From Naegleria gruberi (taxonomy: Eukaryota), in assembly GCA_000004985.1 (NCBI GenBank), contig GG738883.1: DNA of 64,000 nucleotides; one strand, 5' to 3'. The notes beneath the pieces were generated by a model. The model made no database searches. It was not told where the DNA came from and worked only from the letters and a program-made list of their open reading frames with translations. Below, piece by piece: positions 1 to 10,766 of this stretch. A program made the position numbers and the translations under genes. The stretch's first letter is position 1; each line of letters starts with the position of its first letter.

Positions 1-13
1 TAGTCCTGGTGGT

Positions 14-259
14 ATGGCAAATATTTTACGTTCCGTTTTTCCTAGTTTGAGTGAACAAGATTGCTTGGGAATTTACTTTACTGTTGCTACATTTGGATAT
101 TGTTTTATTGCAAGTGGAACATTTGATCAGTGTAAAGCCATTGCTGAAAAGCTCACCAAACTTTTCCTTAATGTCATGTTAAAAACTGAAAAGCAAGCCA
201 TATTGGATGAAACTGAAGAACAGGAAGAAGAGGAAGATGAATACATCGATGAGGAATAA
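14..259 (+). CDS. 3' end of a gene that begins upstream of the window; hypothetical protein with an acidic C-terminal tail (EEQEEEEDEYIDEE)
   Basis: The ORF is open to the window edge on the + strand and ends at a TAA; I recognise no domain. Confidence 0.3.
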   Translation: MANILRSVFPSLSEQDCLGIYFTVATFGYCFIASGTFDQCKAIAEKLTKLFLNVMLKTEKQAILDETEEQEEEEDEYIDEE

Positions 260-369
260 ACAGGAAGAAAGCTTATTGATAAACTGTTGATTCTCTTTAA
301 AATTTAATATTGAATAATGAGGAAGTAATATCGTGTAAATTACAATGTCTTGGCAAATGCATTTTATTA

Positions 370-1908
370 TTAACAAATGATACAATCACTTTCCTTCTTG
401 GTTTTTTTAGACGACTGAGAAACTTGTGGTGAAGCTAATTCTCGTTCCTGTCTCTGCTTATTGAGCTCTCTCAATTGTGATGCTTGATTCGCGTAGGCGT
501 TCGCTCCATGCTTTTTCGTTGTATTAGAACCAGGTTTCTTTTCTCTAATTGTTGGCACATTTGCATATGGAATGCTTGGATCCTGTTCGAGAGGAGTTTG
601 AACTACCCTAGGAGATGTTTGAGGATTATTAGCTTGTTGCTGAGGTTGTTGAAATTGTGGATTAAATTGTTGCTGTTGTTGAGGGTGAGGATGTGCCTGA
701 GGTTGTCTTGTTTGTTGCTGTTGTTCATGCATCATTTCTTGCTGATAGGCCATCTCCTCTTCTCTTTGAAGTTGAAGAGCTAGTTGTAAATCTTCATCGT
801 GTTGCTTACTATCCACAACTGGTGCTTTTTCCTGTTGATAATATTCATAGTTTTGAGAGTGAGTTTCCAGCATTCGGAATGGTGTAAAATCTCCCAAATA
901 ATATTGTTGATCTTCTCCATGAATTGTCAAATTTTCCCAGACAATGTTCGTTTCATTTAGGAGAGTCTCATTTGTACAGAGTGTGAGGATTGCTTCCTGT
1001 ATTTTACAAATTACTGAAAAGTGATTATTTCTGAAAAAGATGGCAATCTTTCTATCAGCCAAACTATTGTGAAGGGATGCCAAACCATATTGTGTCAATT
1101 GTGATGGTGAGTTGGTAAGGAAAGTTTGAATGAGTGATCCTTGTGAAATAATATCATTCTTTTGATCGACTGGTAATCTGGTGACCATTTCTTCTGGAGT
1201 TTTCAATTCTGTCAAATCAACGTGAGCAGATAGAATTTGCTCAATAACTTTTCCACTCTTTTTCATTTGCTCTTCTGCATTGATAAGTTCATTCATTAAA
1301 ACAATCTTTTCGACTGCTTGATCGTAGGAGAGACTTTTGAGCGCTTTAAATGTTTCAAGCTCAGATTCCGAATCTACAAGCCATCCGTGCATTAATTTGA
1401 TATTGAAAAAGTTGAACACAGACAAGTCACAAGTTGTAAATCCATGAACTCCTTCAGTAAATTGTACATTGACATCGAGACCATGTTTGAGTTTTGGAAC
1501 TGAGTCTAGAGCTGCTTGTAACATCTTTCCCTTCTCTCCATCAGTATCTGATTTACTATATTTAAGATTGTATGTATCCAACATGGATTGGGCAAGAATC
1601 TGCACAAGACTTTCATTTGTAATAAATCCATTCACAATGAAATTGTCAATAGCACTCACATCACCTCCTCTCAATGAAATTATATTAAATACAGCAATCA
1701 GAGGACAAGGACCATTTAAATTCTGCAGAACGATCGGAGTTCTTCTCTCTCCAATCAAGACTCGTTTTACTCTGTACTTTTCTATAGTTCCTTCCTCATC
1801 AACATCCTTTGCTGCTAATTGAATTGTATCTCCTTCTTCCATATTTACAAATGTTGCTTCTTCCGATTGTTGTTGTTGTTCTTCTTGATTATTTGTATGA
1901 TCGTCCAT
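370..1908 (-). CDS. MINDY-family (DUF544/FAM63) K48-specific deubiquitinase with a Gln-rich C-terminus and a possible CaaX end (CIIC)
   Basis: The 512-aa ORF has a true ATG at 1908. It carries the MINDY catalytic signature 'IVLQNLNGPCPLIAVFNI' (QNxNGPCPL) and downstream conserved blocks. Confidence 0.8.
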   Translation of the reverse strand: MDDHTNNQEEQQQQSEEATFVNMEEGDTIQLAAKDVDEEGTIEKYRVKRVLIGERRTPIVLQNLNGPCPLIAVFNIISLRGGDVSAIDNFIVNGFITNESLVQILAQSMLDTYNLKYSKSDTDGEKGKMLQAALDSVPKLKHGLDVNVQFTEGVHGFTTCDLSVFNFFNIKLMHGWLVDSESELETFKALKSLSYDQAVEKIVLMNELINAEEQMKKSGKVIEQILSAHVDLTELKTPEEMVTRLPVDQKNDIISQGSLIQTFLTNSPSQLTQYGLASLHNSLADRKIAIFFRNNHFSVICKIQEAILTLCTNETLLNETNIVWENLTIHGEDQQYYLGDFTPFRMLETHSQNYEYYQQEKAPVVDSKQHDEDLQLALQLQREEEMAYQQEMMHEQQQQTRQPQAHPHPQQQQQFNPQFQQPQQQANNPQTSPRVVQTPLEQDPSIPYANVPTIREKKPGSNTTKKHGANAYANQASQLRELNKQRQERELASPQVSQSSKKTKKESDCIIC

Positions 1909-2828
1909 TTTCTTCTTGACGAACTATTGTATTTACAAGTGTATTAAATTATTACTATTATAATTCTATTATATTTTGATGATGATTGTTATATTATTTA
2001 TAACTTGAATTCCTTTTTTTCAATAAATTAATAAAAATCAATGTAAACTGTTGTTGGTGTTCTTTTAATTTTTTCTAAAGAGACAAAAAATCGTAGAGAT
2101 TAAAAAACGAGTTAATGCATCTATTTTTAGACCATTCTTAATAAAAGTGCGCCAAAAGTTTCCAATTCGAACTCCTCAAAGATTCTAAGGAATAGTTAAA
2201 CTTGGCTTCTACTAATTCGAAACCAAAACACGTCATAATCTTTCATCCATCACTCAATTCCCAAACGAATTCTTAAGAAGAAACTCAAATGTTAGATTTA
2301 AACTATTAAACGTTTTGATGAACGATAAAACCTAATGTTCAATATCTTTAGACATGCTTGATTTGAAACAATTATTTCATTCAAAAAATGTCTCAACTCT
2401 CCAAATCAATGGAAGCCTCTGAATATCAGAATTGATAAGGCTTTTATGCGGACTGAAAAATTATATTTTGTATGATCCGATCATATATGAACATTATTTG
2501 GAATTTAAGCGACGATTATGAGTGTTATTCTCAGTGAGTGGTGATAACTCAGGAGCACCTTCTGTTGATCCAAACTTTGAGAATGCAACAATTTATGGAA
2601 GCCATGGATGAGTAAGAATTATCATGTTTTCGCTGGACTACACTGAACATACACTCTTCACCAAAATGTTCACATACAACTTAAATAAATCTTTTGTCTC
2701 GATTCTATATTATTTGTCTCACCGACAAATTTTCTTGTACATTTTCAAAAAGGCTTGAGAATTCCCAACTCTTAAAAGCCTTTTAAATAGCCTTTCATCA
2801 ACCATTCAACACTAGCTATTCAAAAAAA

Positions 2829-4265
2829 ATGTCACAACATCAAGACAAAGAAACTATGCAACAATGTGCTCCATCACATGGTGACAATGGTTCGGAAGAG
2901 TTTATTTCGGTTGATGAAGTCAATAAAGCTTCAGAATCAAGTGCTTCCGATTCAATGATCATGGATGACAAACAAGTGAATTCTGACGAAAATGCTGCAA
3001 TTTATGAGAAGAAAATTCCAAAAGCTTTAATCGAGTTGAAGAAAATATTTTCTGATGATTTTGATTTTGAAGTGTTGAAGAATACGTATGGATTGAGTAA
3101 GAATGAGGCTCTGGTTGAGGGGATTGAAAAGGTAATTGTACAGGAAGGGGAAGGATTGGAAGCAAAACCAGGTTCTATCATTAGATGTAAGTGAAAGAAT
3201 TGAGTTTTTATTTGAATAATATAATTGAACATTCGAATAATAATAGTTTTGGAAGCCTGTGTAGTATTTTTTAAAAGAAATGAATTTAGTGATTGGGAAT
3301 TTCTTATTAGTTCTAATACATTGCTTCAGGAAAATAGATTGAAATTGAATAAGGTTCCACCAGTATTTTTCAAATGTATTCACACTCTCAAGTTGGGTGA
3401 GCGAGCCTTTTTTAAAATTCATAAGGATTTGTATCCAGAGTTGAAGGTTACTCGTTTGGATCCAGTTCAGGATGATGTGGAAACTACAAAATTAATTGAC
3501 CTTCTTAAATGCCACGATTATTATGGAGTTCAATATATCAGCATTACACATTTGGAATTGAAGGAGGCACCTTCACCAAAGGCATCCTTTGAAGAACATC
3601 TCGAGCAAATCAGTAAGAAGAGACTTGAAGGAAATGTGCTCTTTAAGGAATGCTCATTTGCTAAAGCATTGAAAACATACAATACTGGAATTATTTTCGT
3701 TAATGAGGCCAAGTTAGATGATGGTAAAATTGATGAACAAAAGGCAATACTGAAAGAAGAACGTATCAAGCTCTTAACCAATATTGTCAGATGCCAAAAC
3801 TCACTTAACAATGAAAAGAATCACAAGCTATGCCTTGATACTTGTGACAAGATTCTCTTCTACGAGCCAGAAAACCACAATGCATTCTATTTTAAAGCCA
3901 AAACTTACAATACACTCGACGATTATTCAAGAGGTCTTGAATGTATGGAAAAGGCAAAACACTATTTTTCCACTTACCAACAAAAGAATAGCAGTGATCC
4001 AATTCAACAAAAGAAGGACGCTGAACTGAAAAGCAGAATGGAAATTATTGAAAGGCAATTACTCAAAAAGAAGAAACTCCAAGAAGTACAGGACAATAAG
4101 CTTATGAAATCCAAAATGACTAACATGTTCTCTGAGGAACTCTATGCTGATACAGAACCATATGATGAGGAAGAGTATTGGAGAAAACAGCAAGAGGAAG
4201 ATGAAAGACTGGGCCGTAAGCCATGGTTCATGTCAGATGGCACCATTCACTATCAACAATTGTAA
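2829..4265 (+). CDS. FKBP-like PPIase domain plus TPR-repeat protein (FKBP/AIP/TTC9-like), two exons
   Basis: Exon 1 is 2829-3186. A GTAAGT donor sits at 3187 and the intron ends at the AG at 3245-3246; an alternative acceptor at 3263-3264 stays in frame. Exon 2 runs to the TAA at 4265. An FKBP-like block ('GLSKNEALVEG...GSIIR', 'TLKLGERAFFKIHKDLYPE') is followed by TPR-like repeats ('KRLEGNVLFKECSFAKALKTYNTG'). Confidence 0.55.
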
Positions 4266-4293
4266 TATTCCAATGTATTTGTAAAAAGGTTGA

Positions 4294-4860
4294 TTAATTT
4301 ATTCTAAATGAATTGAAATGAATCGTTTCATTATATTGCGTTTGAGGTATTGACTTAATATTGTTTGGCTTGATAATGACTTTCTCGTTAAAATTGTCAC
4401 TTTCTAATGTATTTACTAATAATTCTAAATCTTGAGGTCTGTACAAAAAACAATTATTTGATTCTTCTGCTGCAGTTTCAGCAAAGATTGAGTTGACGGT
4501 ATTTACATTGGGAAATTCTTCAAGTAATTCATTTTCTGAAACCTTGAGGTAGGTATTATTTGGGCTGATCAAGGAGAGTGGTTCCAAAAACTGACCAAAA
4601 CAATCTGATAACTGATTTGATGAATCAATTATCGAAATGGTTTGTTTGATTGTATGCTGATTATATATTAACAAATCAGCTTCCGAATTAGATAAGGAAG
4701 ACTCTGAATGATTTGATGATGAATATAGACTATTATCACAATGAAGAGAGTATTCATGATCATCATCTTCCTCATGCCTTGTTGCTTCCTTCTCCAAAGA
4801 GATAAAGTAGGAATCAGCAGCAGCAACAGCATTAAACGATAAGGTTGTTGAGAAATTCAT
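4294..4860 (-). CDS. hypothetical Ser-rich protein
   Basis: The 188-aa ORF has a true ATG. The sequence is low complexity, I recognise no domain, and codon usage is coding-like. Confidence 0.35.
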   Translation of the reverse strand: MNFSTTLSFNAVAAADSYFISLEKEATRHEEDDDHEYSLHCDNSLYSSSNHSESSLSNSEADLLIYNQHTIKQTISIIDSSNQLSDCFGQFLEPLSLISPNNTYLKVSENELLEEFPNVNTVNSIFAETAAEESNNCFLYRPQDLELLVNTLESDNFNEKVIIKPNNIKSIPQTQYNETIHFNSFRIN

Positions 4861-5479
4861 TATGTGTGTTATTGTTGAAGGTTGTGTGTTGATTCTTTTT
4901 TTGGTGAGAAAGATGCAACATTGACAATGTTTCTATGAAAAAAACAAAACATAACGAACAAATATATTCAGTCCGGATTCAAATAAGTACATGAGAGGAA
5001 TAAGGCCATCATTTAACAATGAACCTGACTGTCGGAAGAATCGCTTTTCATCTATATTAAGAGTACTTTCTGTTTTGCATAAGCATCCTTAATAAGAACA
5101 TTGCCGTGCTTGTTTTTATACCCAAATATTTGGACAGATTTGTTAAATGAATCGACCATGGTTCTCGCAATAATTGAATCTAAAAAGTTGGTTATTGCAA
5201 GTGTATTGTTTCAAAACACACAACAAGTTCCAACCTTCTTCGAAAGAGGGCCCTGTAATAATTTCCAGTTCTTAAATAAGGGTGATCTTATTAATATTTA
5301 TCAGTGTGATTTCAATCGGTCGATAAATATTTGTACGGTTTATTGAGAGTATTGTTGAATATTCACGTATTGATGAAATGCAGTGGTGGGAACAGAATTT
5401 GTCTCTAAGGAAATGGTGATTATTAATAAAAGGTAATCCATTAACATCTTGGGATTGGTATTTGATCAACTCCATAATT

Positions 5480-6961
5480 CTAAAAGACAACGCCATCTTT
5501 TTTTGCCCTTTGGACAACTTGTGCCATTTGCTTATCCTTTTCTTGTGTGGCAGCTTTGAATTTTTCTTGTTCATAACTAGATTTGAGATCTGAGGGAGAA
5601 ATGGTAACTAATCTTCCATATTCAAAGATTTCTTCCTTAATTTTGGTGACATTTTTGTAAACACGAGCATTTTCAAGAGATTCTAATCTTGAATTGACTA
5701 AGGTGGACAAGTTGTAAGAAAGAGCTTCGGATTTTTCCTTCAAAAAAGCTTGATCATTGGAAGTGAGGTATTTAAGTGATTTGAACATTTCAGCATTGAT
5801 TCGTTTGGTTTCTTCCAACAAGGTAGCATTGAATCTTCCATATTCGAACGTGTGTATTTCCAAGCTATTTCTCTCAATCGACACAGAGACAATATAAAGT
5901 ACTTGTTCAATCTCATTCACAACCATTTTACAATTTGCCGAGCTCACAAATAATGGACCCATTGAAAACAATTGAGACCCAGAACCCAAATGTGAAATGC
6001 AAATTGAAGACAATGGTCCAGGACTAACTAAACTGAAAACCAGACCTCTTTTTCTATCAAGTGCAAATGTGGAAACTAATTCTCCGTCCTCCCTCAATGA
6101 AAAAGCATGTAGAATTGCATGAGTACCATTCTCCAATTTTGCACCGCTCTCATCAATCATCTTAATATGGGTACACTCATTGGAACTTCCAAGATTCATT
6201 CCACCATTCAAAGATGGAAAGAGAAATCTCTCTCTATAATGAGCCAATTGAAAATTGTGAAATTTTAAGAATTGTTTCGACTCTAAAGAAATGAAATTCT
6301 TTGCATCATTAATTTCACTTCCATTTGGATGATAGCATTCTGAAATAGTTCCATCCAGATTGACTCCACAAATGATTCCAGATTCTTCCTTAATACAAAT
6401 TCCATTCACACAATTCTCGTCGTGGCCAATCCAAGAAACTTGACCTTTCAAATCCAATTTTACAATGGTTGCTGGTTTGGTGGATTGATCGGAAAAATCA
6501 TTCAGTAAAACAACAAGTGAATTGTCCACTGAAGAATACTCAATTTGTCTAACGAACACTCTAGTTTCGTCCAAATTGTTTCCAAACATTGTTTCAGATG
6601 GATTTTGTGAAAGAATTTGCTCTTTCAAATTGAATGAATGGACAACTTCCAATGTCGAAGCTGATGATGTATAATTTTCCATATTGAAAACCAAAACTTG
6701 ACCTGTTTTTGCATTCACACAAAACAATTCACTTTTTACCAAACATGGAAGGAATGGAAAACAACCTTCATGTGAAAGAATTGAATTGCTCGGTAAGGAA
6801 TGAGCAATTGTAGAAACATATCCAAGACCTACTTGTCCATTCTGTTGATCAGCACACTGATTCTTATGAAATCTGGTTGGATTAAATACCAAATATGGAA
6901 ATTTATCGTTTGGATACACTTGAGAATTGTGGATACTAAATTGGCTGATTAGCTTGTCCAT
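5480..6961 (-). CDS. hypothetical protein (predicted beta-rich N-terminal region plus C-terminal coiled coil)
   Basis: The 493-aa ORF has a true ATG at 6961 and is transcribed divergently from the 7212 gene. I cannot assign a family from memory. Confidence 0.5.
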   Translation of the reverse strand: MDKLISQFSIHNSQVYPNDKFPYLVFNPTRFHKNQCADQQNGQVGLGYVSTIAHSLPSNSILSHEGCFPFLPCLVKSELFCVNAKTGQVLVFNMENYTSSASTLEVVHSFNLKEQILSQNPSETMFGNNLDETRVFVRQIEYSSVDNSLVVLLNDFSDQSTKPATIVKLDLKGQVSWIGHDENCVNGICIKEESGIICGVNLDGTISECYHPNGSEINDAKNFISLESKQFLKFHNFQLAHYRERFLFPSLNGGMNLGSSNECTHIKMIDESGAKLENGTHAILHAFSLREDGELVSTFALDRKRGLVFSLVSPGPLSSICISHLGSGSQLFSMGPLFVSSANCKMVVNEIEQVLYIVSVSIERNSLEIHTFEYGRFNATLLEETKRINAEMFKSLKYLTSNDQAFLKEKSEALSYNLSTLVNSRLESLENARVYKNVTKIKEEIFEYGRLVTISPSDLKSSYEQEKFKAATQEKDKQMAQVVQRAKKDGVVF

Positions 6962-7211
6962 CGTCTTGATTGTATTGATACAATGTTATGAAATCAACAC
7001 GGATTTGATGTGATGAACTTTTTTTTTGATGAGTTTCAAGAGCCATGACAGTTCGAAACTAAACTAATTTCTTAAGTGTCCAGAACACACAATGAACGGA
7101 CACGTTTGCAATCACTGACGCACAGACACACCCACTCACCATAATCCACACAAGAGGTCAAATAAATCAATTTTCAGAGTTTAGTTTTCAAAACCGAAAG
7201 CTCATAAAAAA

Positions 7212-8474
7212 ATGTCTCAAAACCTTTCTTTAACTTTGGCTGGTTGTTTGGTGACTCCAAGTTTGGCAAGTGTTGATTTTGATAATTCGACACGGACATT
7301 GTTGTATTTGTATAAAGGAAAGGTGATTAATGGGAATGTTTCGTCTTTGATTCTTGAAACTAACCCATTGGAATCGAATAATGGCAGTCGAAGGGAAATT
7401 TCTGTCGTTTCGACTGAAAGAATTTTGGCTAATCCACGTTTCCACAAGTATGAACACATTCCAGATCAAATACAACTTTACTATCAAGTACATTCTAAAT
7501 TGAGTGAAAATGTCCTTGTCTATAGAAAAACAGTTCAAGACGAAACTAATCTCTATTCACTTTTGCAAACTCCACAAGATTTGTATTGTGTAAATCCAGT
7601 GAGTGGAGATTATGCAACCTATTCGGATGGTTATGTGAAAATTTATAAGAATGTCAATTATTGGGCGAATTCATGTCGTTTGGAGGAAATTAAGCTTTCG
7701 AATAATGTGTATAGTTTCGGATTTGCAATGTTGCCACAATCTGAAACTTGTCAATTGCCACGAATCTTACTATTTTCAAGAGAGAAATTGAACTATTTTG
7801 AAGGAGAACATTTAATTATGGAAATTCCAATTCCATTCACAGAAGATTGTAAAGTTTCGACTGATTTCAAATTAGGTATCCTATTTATGGCAGATTCAAA
7901 GAAAATTCTAGCCCTCGATATCAATAACAAATTCGAAACTCTATTCAGAATTGATTTGGGATTTTATCTAGTGAAAGGAATGACCATTGATGTGGAGAAG
8001 AAATTATTATTCATTGGTTCGAAACATTTTATTCACATTTTCAATTATGGTTATTTTGAAACAATTGACCCATTACAACAAGAACAATTACAACAATTCT
8101 CAAAGGAATTCATGATGAAAGGTAGATCAATGGATTATCAAGAACAAGTCAAATCCTATTTCAGATCCCTATATAATGATTCCAGTTTGACAGCTGTTCC
8201 TCCAAGTGCACCTTCTACCTATAAGGGAGGTGGCTATTGTGAAATTATTCCACAATTAATTCCATACGTGAATGGTCAATCTGTGTTGCCAACTAGTAAT
8301 ACAAGCCAAACTGCAGTTTCTTCCTCTTCTATTGGTGGTGCAACTTCTGTATCGAATGGTTCATCAGCTCCTGTTGTGAATTACAATAATAATTCTGCAC
8401 AAGTTCAGACAACAACACAAAGAGTTTCTAATCAGCAGCAACAACAAGACACTGATTGTTGTGTTATTCTCTAA
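7212..8474 (+). CDS. hypothetical protein with a Ser/Thr/Gln-rich tail and a C-terminal CaaX box (CVIL)
   Basis: The 420-aa ORF starts at an ATG at 7212 and ends '...QQQQQDTDCCVIL*', a CaaX-type prenylation motif with X=L (geranylgeranyl type). Confidence 0.5.
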   Translation: MSQNLSLTLAGCLVTPSLASVDFDNSTRTLLYLYKGKVINGNVSSLILETNPLESNNGSRREISVVSTERILANPRFHKYEHIPDQIQLYYQVHSKLSENVLVYRKTVQDETNLYSLLQTPQDLYCVNPVSGDYATYSDGYVKIYKNVNYWANSCRLEEIKLSNNVYSFGFAMLPQSETCQLPRILLFSREKLNYFEGEHLIMEIPIPFTEDCKVSTDFKLGILFMADSKKILALDINNKFETLFRIDLGFYLVKGMTIDVEKKLLFIGSKHFIHIFNYGYFETIDPLQQEQLQQFSKEFMMKGRSMDYQEQVKSYFRSLYNDSSLTAVPPSAPSTYKGGGYCEIIPQLIPYVNGQSVLPTSNTSQTAVSSSSIGGATSVSNGSSAPVVNYNNNSAQVQTTTQRVSNQQQQQDTDCCVIL

Positions 8475-8892
8475 TAAATATAAAATACAATTAATATTAG
8501 TGAACAATAGCTTAATTTCATCAACGGAAGAAGAGATGTGAAGGAAACAACTTTTTTGCATCATTTGATTTTAGGAGCTTGTGTTGTGGTTTTAATAGTG
8601 CTACAAAATGTTGTATCAATCCAATGATGAAAATTTGTATTATTTTACTTCTTCACATCATGACAACAATATTTTCAATATTTAAATATAATTTTAATTA
8701 ATTAGTTTAATATTTATCATCAAGGTTGAAATCCTTCAAGACATTCATATCAAAATACTAATCTACAGAATATTATCAACAACTACAGGCTAAGACGCAT
8801 TGTAAATTATTTGCGCCACAATATTTTTTGTTTCCACAAACAACCAAACCCACCAACAACTAGAGGAGAAAAATCTAAAAATATTAGAAAAA

Positions 8893-9996
8893 ATGGCTCC
8901 ACATAAACCACAAGAATTCACTTCATTGGTTCAAAAGTTGAAGAAAATGGACAAGGCAGAAAGAATTAAATTTTACCGAGAACGTACGAAACACATGGCC
9001 AACAAACAACAAGCTAAGCAACAACAAGATCACCCTCTCGCTAATAACAAGAGAAAGAAAGAATATTATTCTGATGATGATCAAAATGATGATGATGATC
9101 AACATGATGATGATAAACAACAAAGAAAGAAGAGAAAAGAACAAGAAGAACAAAATGATAGAAAGGAAATGTCTGATGACGAATCCGAAGAAGAAACAGA
9201 CGACGATCAAGAATCAGGTGATGATTCTTCTGACTCTGAATGTGATGAACAAGAAGAAGAATTACAAGAAGAACAACATGAAGAGCAACAACAAGAGGAA
9301 CCAGAAGTAATAACAATAGATGATGACGAAGAAGATTCTGATGAAGATTCTGATGAAGAAGATTCCGATGAAGAAGAAACCGACAAAGACCAAGAATCAA
9401 TCGACGCCTCTTCTGAATCAGACAATGATGATGACAATGATGAACTGAGACGATTTTTCCATAGACACTGGCGCGGCTCCAAAGCACAATTTGTCAGAGA
9501 TTATGGACCTGAGAATGTTGATGCTTCAATTTTTTGCAGATGGTTGAGTAGAAATATTAAGGTCAGCTGGACAAGCTCCTTTGTTAGAAAATACATGGAA
9601 GCATTGAGCCAGACTCAAGCTACTGAAGCACTTGCTCACGATGAAGAACATTCAGAGTCAGAAGAGGATAGAGACGAAATGTCTGACGATCAAGCAGAAG
9701 AATGGAATGTTGTAAACGATGTAGAGGTGCCAGCGGAACCAGAAATAATAATAATAGATGATGATGATGATGAAGAAGAAGATCAAAACACAGAGGTACA
9801 TTATTCTCAAGAACAAGAAGAGATGGATAATTGCTTAACAGAACAAACTGAGTACCTCATGAATCATGAGAAACAAGGTGATTGTATGCAAGACGAAGAA
9901 GAAATCATTCCTGTAATAGAATGCAATCAAGCCAAGAAAGGAATCATGTTATATCCTCCATCAACACTTCCAAATGGCATACCTTATCACAGATAG
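8893..9996 (+). CDS. highly acidic (Asp/Glu/Ser-rich) hypothetical protein with the conserved C-terminal motif 'PPSTLPNGIPYHR'
   Basis: The 367-aa ORF has an ATG at 8893. It contains long EDSD/DDDD tracts and a structured central block ('RRFFHRHWRGSKAQFVRDYGPENVDASIFCRWL'). Confidence 0.5.
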   Translation: MAPHKPQEFTSLVQKLKKMDKAERIKFYRERTKHMANKQQAKQQQDHPLANNKRKKEYYSDDDQNDDDDQHDDDKQQRKKRKEQEEQNDRKEMSDDESEEETDDDQESGDDSSDSECDEQEEELQEEQHEEQQQEEPEVITIDDDEEDSDEDSDEEDSDEEETDKDQESIDASSESDNDDDNDELRRFFHRHWRGSKAQFVRDYGPENVDASIFCRWLSRNIKVSWTSSFVRKYMEALSQTQATEALAHDEEHSESEEDRDEMSDDQAEEWNVVNDVEVPAEPEIIIIDDDDDEEEDQNTEVHYSQEQEEMDNCLTEQTEYLMNHEKQGDCMQDEEEIIPVIECNQAKKGIMLYPPSTLPNGIPYHR

Positions 9997-10033
9997 ATTC
10001 ATCTCTGAGATATTTTAAATATCTTGTAAATTA

Positions 10034-10582
10034 ATGTACATAAACTCTTTTAGATTCCTTCTTCAACACCTTTTGAATACAGTACAAATTGAGAAAACCC
10101 AACTTGTTTGTAATTATCAAACAAATTATATATTTTTAGAAGAAAAAAAATCCCTCACAACAACCACTAAGGGAATGGACAAGAATGCAGGAGGGAAAAT
10201 TTTGAATGAAGAACACAAAGAGGAAGCAGAAAAAATTAATACTTCGGAAGGTAGTGAAGAAAACAAACTAGAAGGAATGAACAAGAGAAAGAATTTGGAT
10301 TTTTATCAGCAAAAGACAAAGAAGAGAAAAGAATCCAAAAAAGACACAGATGATGATGAAGCTAGAGAGGAAACCAATAACAACACGCATAACCATGTAA
10401 TTAATGCAAATGAAGAGGATGAAGAATGTGTGAATGATAACAAAATTGGAGGTAATTTCGAAGAAGAACCAAAAGATAGCACTTCTCAGTTGAAAGAAGT
10501 TACATGTCCTCCACCACATCTTCCAAATGGATTGTCCTATAACAGAAATATACCAATAACTATTAGGGACATTCCAATTTAA
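10034..10582 (+). CDS. acidic hypothetical protein, tandem paralogue of the 8893 gene, with the C-terminal motif 'CPPPHLPNGLSYNR'
   Basis: The 182-aa ORF lies immediately downstream of 8893 on the same strand and shares the tail motif C..PP..LPNG..Y.R. Confidence 0.4.
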   Translation: MYINSFRFLLQHLLNTVQIEKTQLVCNYQTNYIFLEEKKSLTTTTKGMDKNAGGKILNEEHKEEAEKINTSEGSEENKLEGMNKRKNLDFYQQKTKKRKESKKDTDDDEAREETNNNTHNHVINANEEDEECVNDNKIGGNFEEEPKDSTSQLKEVTCPPPHLPNGLSYNRNIPITIRDIPI

Positions 10583-10766
10583 AATGAAATTAACAGTTAT
10601 TGTAAAATGAAGATTTGAACGAGAAATTGGTACCACTTGGTGATTTTCCCATATCATTGGAAATTTAATTCGATAGTTGAATAAATTGGAAAAATGGACT
10701 AATTCCCTTCATTACAAGTTGGTACTACATATTGAAAATCTATAAAATATGAATTGGTTTCATTTG

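Noticed and set aside
9041-9487. Antisense and alternative-frame ORFs over the acidic-repeat gene (9041-9487 minus, 9074-9310 plus, 9207-9482 minus)
   Set aside because: They are artefacts of GAT/GAA trinucleotide-rich coding repeats. All frames stay open across such repeats.
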